NCBI RefSeq assembly: GCF_000143415.4
Contig: NW_003314306.1
Coordinates: 1,245,129 to 1,309,128, forward strand
Reading direction: 5' to 3'
DNA from: Selaginella moellendorffii
Lineage: Eukaryota > Plantae > Lycopodiophyta
Length of the DNA stretch: 64,000 nucleotides
A program made the translations under genes and the position numbers. Shown piece after piece: positions 57,960 to 64,000 of this stretch (position 1 is the first letter of the stretch; each line of letters starts with the position of its first letter). The notes beneath the pieces were generated by a model that saw nothing but the letters and a program-made list of their open reading frames with translations, had not been told where the DNA came from and did no database searches.

Positions 57960-60419
57960 TCAAATGGTCGTGGCGGACGACAAAGCTTTCCTGGCGATGA
58001 GACACTTTCGCTGTAGCAAAGCGCCACCCGTTGGCTTCACGTAGCGCCTCAAGAACACGGCAACGCCGGCCTGGAGCGCCGAGAGCTCGGGTGCGCGAGC
58101 GATGCGGGAGAATGCCGTGGAGACGAAGGTGTCGTCCTTGTCCGTGAGCAGTGCCTCGAAAAACGCACGGAAGTGGACCACCACCCGTGCTGTCATGGTC
58201 CGGGAATCGCCAAAGTCTACCGCTTTGAGTGCTGTCAAGGATAAGGCGGAGGATCCGACCAGGAAAGCGAGGAACTTGGCCAGATTGATGCTGCGCCTTG
58301 CTTCCATGCTGGCCAGCTCTTTGAACTGATCCCAGACGCAATACTGCAAAGAAAAGGACTTTTAGCCTTTTTCCGCTTCGATTTTTTTCTACCTGTAAGG
58401 TGAATCTGTGGTTTTTGTCATGGTGACATAATTTGGAAGCCAGCAGTGCGTAATACTTGTTGAAAACTTTCTCTTGGAGGCAGCATTCGAGGATGACTCT
58501 CATGATTTCTCGGTCCTGTTAGGAAAACAAAAAACCAAGAGCCTTAATGAATTGATGAATCGACAAAGAGGTACCTGTTTCCCCATCAAGGTGAGCCTCA
58601 GTAGTTTCTCGAATGCGTCAATGTAGTCTTCGCTGCTCATGACAATCGAGAAGATAGCTCGTCTTGCGTCTGTGTTCATTCTTTGAGCAGCTGCTAGCTT
58701 AAGCATCTTTTCAGCTTCGACTACCCCAGAGTCAATCAGATCCACCACTTTTGGAACCTCGGCCTCGTCTGCTTCATTCGAGACTGTCCCGAGCCACCAC
58801 TGACCTTTCTTTTGAGGATCGACTAGCTTCTTCCAGGGTAATGAACGCAGTTGCACGTCCTCGACTTTCAGCTACACTAACAAAGTTTATGAGTGAAAAC
58901 AAGTAAGGTGATACACACCTTTTGAAGCCACTTCTTCATCCTTGGATGCCGAGCTGGTTCATCTACTCTACGCTTATTGTTTTTAACTTCGCAAATCGCC
59001 TCGAGCATAAATTCCACCTGCAAGAGATCCGTGCGTGTCAAAACAGACACAAAACGTTTTGACAATTGCTTACTCGTTTGGGCATTTCTCCATTGGTCGT
59101 GGAACGCTTTAAATCCAACGTGCATTCTTGAACAGCAAGAATAAACTCTTTCATCGCTACTGGATCGCTGGTCCTAAGCGCCATTCCACAACCTTCATAC
59201 ATGTTAATAAGAACTCATTTCCAGCCGCTCATTCTCTAGTGTTCTTACTTCGAATAATGTGCAAAATAGTGGCGACATCTATTTCCTGGAATCGTTTGCA
59301 GAGATGGTGCAAGAGATCGTACACCAGCTCGCTGTTTCATTCAAAAACAATTGTGTTAACCGAAAAAAATATATATTCACACAAGAGCACCTTGTAATCA
59401 ACCCCAGGCTGTAGAGCGAAGAAATAAGTAGCGTAAGGTTGCGAACAGCTAGACCATCCTTCTTTTCATATTGTCTCTGCAGAAAAAGGTACACATAAGA
59501 ATCGAAAGAAGGCTCCAAGACGGGCACTAGTTTCACCTCAAAGCACGAAGCAACGCCCGCCATAAAATTAGCACCGAAATCCATCCCGACGAGACAAGCG
59601 GTGCCAGAGATGCTCGCTGCAAAGACTGCTGCGTACCTTTAGCCATGAAAAAGTATAATATGTGAGGACAGAGAGAAGAGCATGAGAGAAACATTGTTGT
59701 ACTCACTGCTCGTTACCGCGGGGACCACTGGAGCAAGACTCCAAAACATGGTCAGTGATCGTCTCGGTCATGAAGCTCCTGCTATGGAACTGTCAAAAAA
59801 TCACTCCTCCTCGTAGAAACAACAGGACTTTCAAGTGCTTTTTACCTGGAAGAACTCGGCAATCTCCGATGTTAGAGTCTCCACATTATCTTCCGAGAGT
59901 CGATTTAAGAGACCTGGATGAATGAAGCAAAGAACTAAGCAAGAAAGAAAAAAGCTTTGCTCATGCGAACGTACCTTTGATTCTTCGTTTGACGCGAACT
60001 TCATCCTCGGAAGGATCCTTCTTTCGCTGGTGAGGAGGAACGTACTTAGCACTGGAGGCTTGCTCCGGCTCAGCCTCCAATTCATCGCCAGAACTAGATT
60101 GCTCACCGGACTCGCTTTCACCACTAGAACGATCACCGTCACCGCCATCGCCATCGGAATCCTCATCCTTGTCACTGGAGTGATCATTCTCCCCTTGCAA
60201 ATCACCTGGATCAGAGCCTTGTTCATCAGAGGACAAGCCCTCGCTGCCGATTCCTGCCAGCAATCCCGCCAGTCCATCGCCGACATCGTCCAGCTTCCCA
60301 CGCTTGAGCTTGAGCTGCTTCGCGAGGCGCCGCTGGAATGCGGCCTCGCCGGCGGCCGTGGACGCATCCTTGCCCAGCTCCATCTCCAGGTAGTCCTGGA
60401 ATTTGCGCCTGCGCTTCAT
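57960..60419 (-). CDS. NOM1: Nucleolar MIF4G domain protein (NOM1/SGD1; MIF4G + MA3)
   Basis: KYVPPH, GLLNRLSE.NV, FMLEAI..KNN, KGQWWL, AQRMNTDARRAIF..MSSEDY.DAFEKL, CCLQEK.FNKYY, QYC.WD. Confidence 0.92.
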
Positions 60420-60426
60420 CTCTCAT

Positions 60427-60434
60427 AAACCCTA
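60427..60434. promoter_or_regulatory. Telo-box adjacent to the NOM1 start
   Basis: AAACCCTA 8 nt from ATG 60419. Confidence 0.55.
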
Positions 60435-60489
60435 ATATTCTAGGTTTCCAATTGATCTTTAATGCATGCAAGTTTACGTATATTCCTCC

Positions 60490-61880
60490 CTCTGTTAAAT
60501 AAACACAATCCCTTTAGCCGGACACTGAGCTTGTCATCAACCTTCCACACGCCATAGCCATCAAATCTGGACTTCCATAGCTCACGGTTATACACCCAGC
60601 CGCTTGCAAAGTATCGCTGGCCATTGTACCCCCACAGCCTTTTCATGCACACTCCCGGGAGCAAATGTCCACCTATTATAAGTCATATAGAATATCATAG
60701 AATATTCTTGGATATTTTACGTATATTCCTTATACGAGAAGAATTGTGTTAAACCGAAGAAAAACGTGCACCTTGTAATTAACCCAGGCTGTAGAGAAGG
60801 TTGTGAACAGCTAGACCATCCTCTTTTCATATTGCCTCTGCAGAAAAACGTACACATAAGAACCAAAAGAAGCCTCCAGGAAATATTATAGTTTTTCATG
60901 GATAAAGGTACGCAGCGAGCATCTCTGGCATCGCTTGTCTCGTCGGGATGCTAATCTTATGGCACGCGTTGCTTCGTGCTTTGGGGTGAAACAGGTGCCC
61001 ATGAAGAACTCGGAGAAAGTTTCATTTTGATTTGCTTTTGATCACGTCCATATCACAGTGGAGAGAGAACTAAGCGAAGTTCAATTCTGAACGAAGCTAT
61101 CTTTCCTTTTCTTTTTTCCTCTCTTCGCTTAGCTCTTTGCGTCATTAATCTCTCTTGAATCGCTCGGAAGATAATGCGGAGACTCCCAGTTCTTTGCAAA
61201 TTACCTCCTTGTTCATCAAGCCCTCGCTGCCGATTCGTGCCAGCAATCCCGCCAGTCCATCGCCGACATTGTCCAGCTTCCCACGCTTGAGCTTGAGCCC
61301 GCTGATTAGTGAGAGTCTCCTTAAAGTCAATCAGCTAAGTGTGGGAGATATAAACCACTGCCGCTGCAAATTCATCCCCAGCGCCCTGTGCTCAAGTCGT
61401 AAATCAACACCTTCGTTTCCAAAAAGATGACGAGATTGCCCTCTATGTGGATGAACAACATTGTCATCAACCTTCCACACGCCATAACCCGGTAGCCTCC
61501 TGCATACAGCCGCTTGCAAAGTATCGCTTGCCATTGTGCTCCCGCAGCCTCGTGGTGCACAGTCCTGGGAGTGGTAAAACGCAGCGCAGGAAATCTCCAA
61601 CTTGTTCAGTCTTGTCCTCCAGGCCCGTTGTAATCCTCAGGTTGCGCACGACTTTCCCGGTGCTCCACCTGGCGCGGCCAAAGTCGTAGAAGAAGTCGTC
61701 CATGTCTGGGAATACAGCACGGGGTGCCATGCCCCCGTCGTATCGGGCCACTGGCGTTGCATCTATGACTCGGCAACACGTTCGTGGTCTTCTCTCCCCA
61801 AGCTCTACGTCAAGATGAAGGAGCAGCGGAGTGTGGTACAGGCCGACTTTGAAGCCATTCTTGTTGACAAACAAGAAAAA
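60490..61880. pseudogene. Mosaic of F-box-like fragments (60490-60670, 61330-61880) and NOM1 fragments (60770-61000, 61148-61300)
   Basis: GYGVWKVDD / RLWxHNGxRYFASG shared with the 42.3-43.3 kb copy. LKLKRGKLD.VGDGLAGLLA.IGSEGL and AGCTAGACCATCC shared with NOM1. Confidence 0.8.
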
Positions 61881-62399
61881 AAAAAGTAGAAAACCAGAAA
61901 CTCGCCTCAGCTGAAGTCTATGATCGTAGCAAGACGTTCTCTAAGTTTCCTCTTTTTCTGTTTCTCCAAAGATGTTGGTCGCCTCCTGTCATGGCCCGGG
62001 ACTCCCATGAATTTGTGACTCTTCGTTCTGAGCAGCCGCAGGATCACAAGCGTAAGAACTTCCACCGAGCCCAATCACAATGCTCACCTGAACTTAAACG
62101 ATATGAACCTCTTCGTTGGCTTGTGCTTCTCGAGTAGCTCCACTGTCTTATTCATGAAACCGGGCTTCTCATAAATCTTCCCGATCCTGATTATTGTTGC
62201 TCGTTCCTGAAAGCTCCAGCTCTTTAAACATTTACGACCACAAAACAAACGCGTCACCACCACGATCTCAAAACGTTTCGTCTACCTACCTTGATAGCTT
62301 TGTCTGGCAATGCTCGCTGATCATACATCGTGATCATTCGAGCATACATAACTCTGAGGACACTCTTTTGTTTCATCACCAACCTACCCCATTTGTCGG

Positions 62400-63260
62400 T
62401 TTATATTCACTTTAACCTTGGACTTCCTAGTGATTATCTCATCACCTAACATTTGGGTACAGCCTTCTTGGGCCAAATTGGCTCCTTACTATATTTTTGG
62501 AACCCCTTACAGCAGGCCCCCCTCGGGACGATCGCTTTGGGTTTTCACCTAATAACTTGTATTAGTATTTGGACTGGGACTTTGTCTCAGTCTCAGTTTC
62601 GGACTTGGACTCAGTCTCGGTCTCAATCTTGGTTTCATCGCAGACTCTATCTTGACTCTATCTCGGACTCCATCTTGGGTCCATTTCGGACTCCATCTCA
62701 GGTCCATTTCAAACTCCATCTCAGATCCATCTCGAACTCCATCTCAGACTCTATCTTGGGTCCATCTCAAATTCCATCTCGAACTTTATCTCGGGTCCAT
62801 TTTAGACTCCATCTTGGGTCCATTTCAAACACTTCCATGTGTTATTTGTTGATCCTCTTGTGTCCCTTTTCTAGAGACTCACTTATTGTTTGTTTCGTGT
62901 TTGTTCCTTAAACACTTCGTTAGGAGTTCCACTCCTATTTTCAACTTTTCGAGTCAAAGCTTTTAATTTAAATGTGTTATGCTTATTTAGTTTCTGCCTC
63001 AACCACTACCATGTGGCACCCTTTCGGCTCCTCCTTAGGGCCTAGGGATTTTGTATCTCACATAGCCCAAGTTCCAAGACCTTTAATCAATTGTACACTT
63101 TTATTCATAGCGCATTTGAACCCTAATAGATTATCTCTCAAGTAGTTCTTTTTAAGAACCATTAAATTTTATTAGCATATAAATCTTTGGCTTTAAACAA
63201 GAAAGTTATTGTTAGTGCTAAATAATTTGCTAAAGCTATATATAAAGTACTATATTGCAT
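62400..63260 (-). repeat. Retroelement-derived repeat with a 12-bp-period minisatellite (62575-62830)
   Basis: Repeating (T/C)CG(G/A)ACTCCATCT / GGGTCCATTT units. Flank ACTTGTATTAGTATTTG is shared with ~2085 and (reverse) ~14530. Confidence 0.7.
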
Positions 63261-64000
63261 TACTTCAATGCTTAATATAACTTCCATAGCATATCAAGAT
63301 TTAACTAGAGTTGAAGAAAAGGATCTGAGAAAGCTAATGATATTTAGATCACACTGGAGCCATGAAAGAAATAGCAACACAACTGTTAAGAGCTCATTGT
63401 TGAAAGAAGGGGGAAATAATGAACCCACTAATAAAATATAAGAAAAAATAAATTTATGTTGAACACCTCTCAACACTCTATTTTTATAGGGGTTTTGGAA
63501 ACTAATGTGGTTAGACCCCAAGCTAATCCAAACACGTAATTTAGGTTTGGTTTCATATTAATCCCAAATACTCATCAGGAGGAGGTGATTATATTTCTTA
63601 ATAAATATAAAGATGGCAAATATTTGACAAGTGTGTAATTTACTTTATATGTTATGGCTTTAAAAGCACTTGATCTTAATCCAGCTCCATTCAAAAAGAT
63701 AGAAAAAAAAGTGGTTAGATAAAAACTTTATATAAAATAAGCAAAAATAATAAATATTTTATTTCTTTATAATTTACACATAAAGTTACTTTAGCACTCA
63801 TGGGAGAAGTAGAAAAGATTTATGCACTACCAATTTTGTACTAAATTCCCATCAGCATTCAGCATGAAAGTTTGTTTTATATGTAACCTACATCTCATTG
63901 AGCTTCCTCCTCTCAGCTAAATCCTATTTTATAAGTTTTATCAATTATCTGGAGCATAGAACATTGCCTCTCATGATGTGGTAGAGGCCTTTGCTCTAAA

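Noticed and set aside
62575-62830. Possible CRISPR-like array
   Set aside because: Units are short, contiguous and degenerate with no unique spacers; eukaryotic context with no cas genes.
63260-64000. Possible DNA-transposon remnant
   Set aside because: Too degenerate; no convincing catalytic motif or terminal repeat visible.

Overview
Eukaryotic (land-plant) genomic DNA. The ~50-60 nt introns, very short intergenic spacers and PLS-class PPR gene suggest a compact lycophyte genome such as Selaginella (inference). Positions 1-23 kb are AT-rich, CpG-poor and dominated by decayed Ty3/gypsy retroelements, with three assembly gaps. Embedded there is a head-to-head gene pair. One gene encodes a secreted papain-fold protein with no prodomain and substituted catalytic residues. 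The other encodes a secreted jacalin lectin / Ser-Pro extensin / twin Cys-rich-module protein. The two share a tandemly duplicated ~640 bp promoter. From 23 to 60.5 kb the window is gene-dense: an FRO pseudogene and an intact FRO, HSP70-8-like, CRY-DASH, tRNA-Pro(AGG), UBL-LRR, WDR12, PLS-PPR, a conserved unknown gene, CCS1, NAP1, a VNS-type NAC, CCB3, a class III peroxidase, TIM10, a small conserved protein and NOM1/SGD1. Local duplicated gene fragments (FRO, PPR, F-box, NOM1) are full of short deletions and repeated in-place micro-inversions. Gene models were assembled by eye and exact exon boundaries are unverified.
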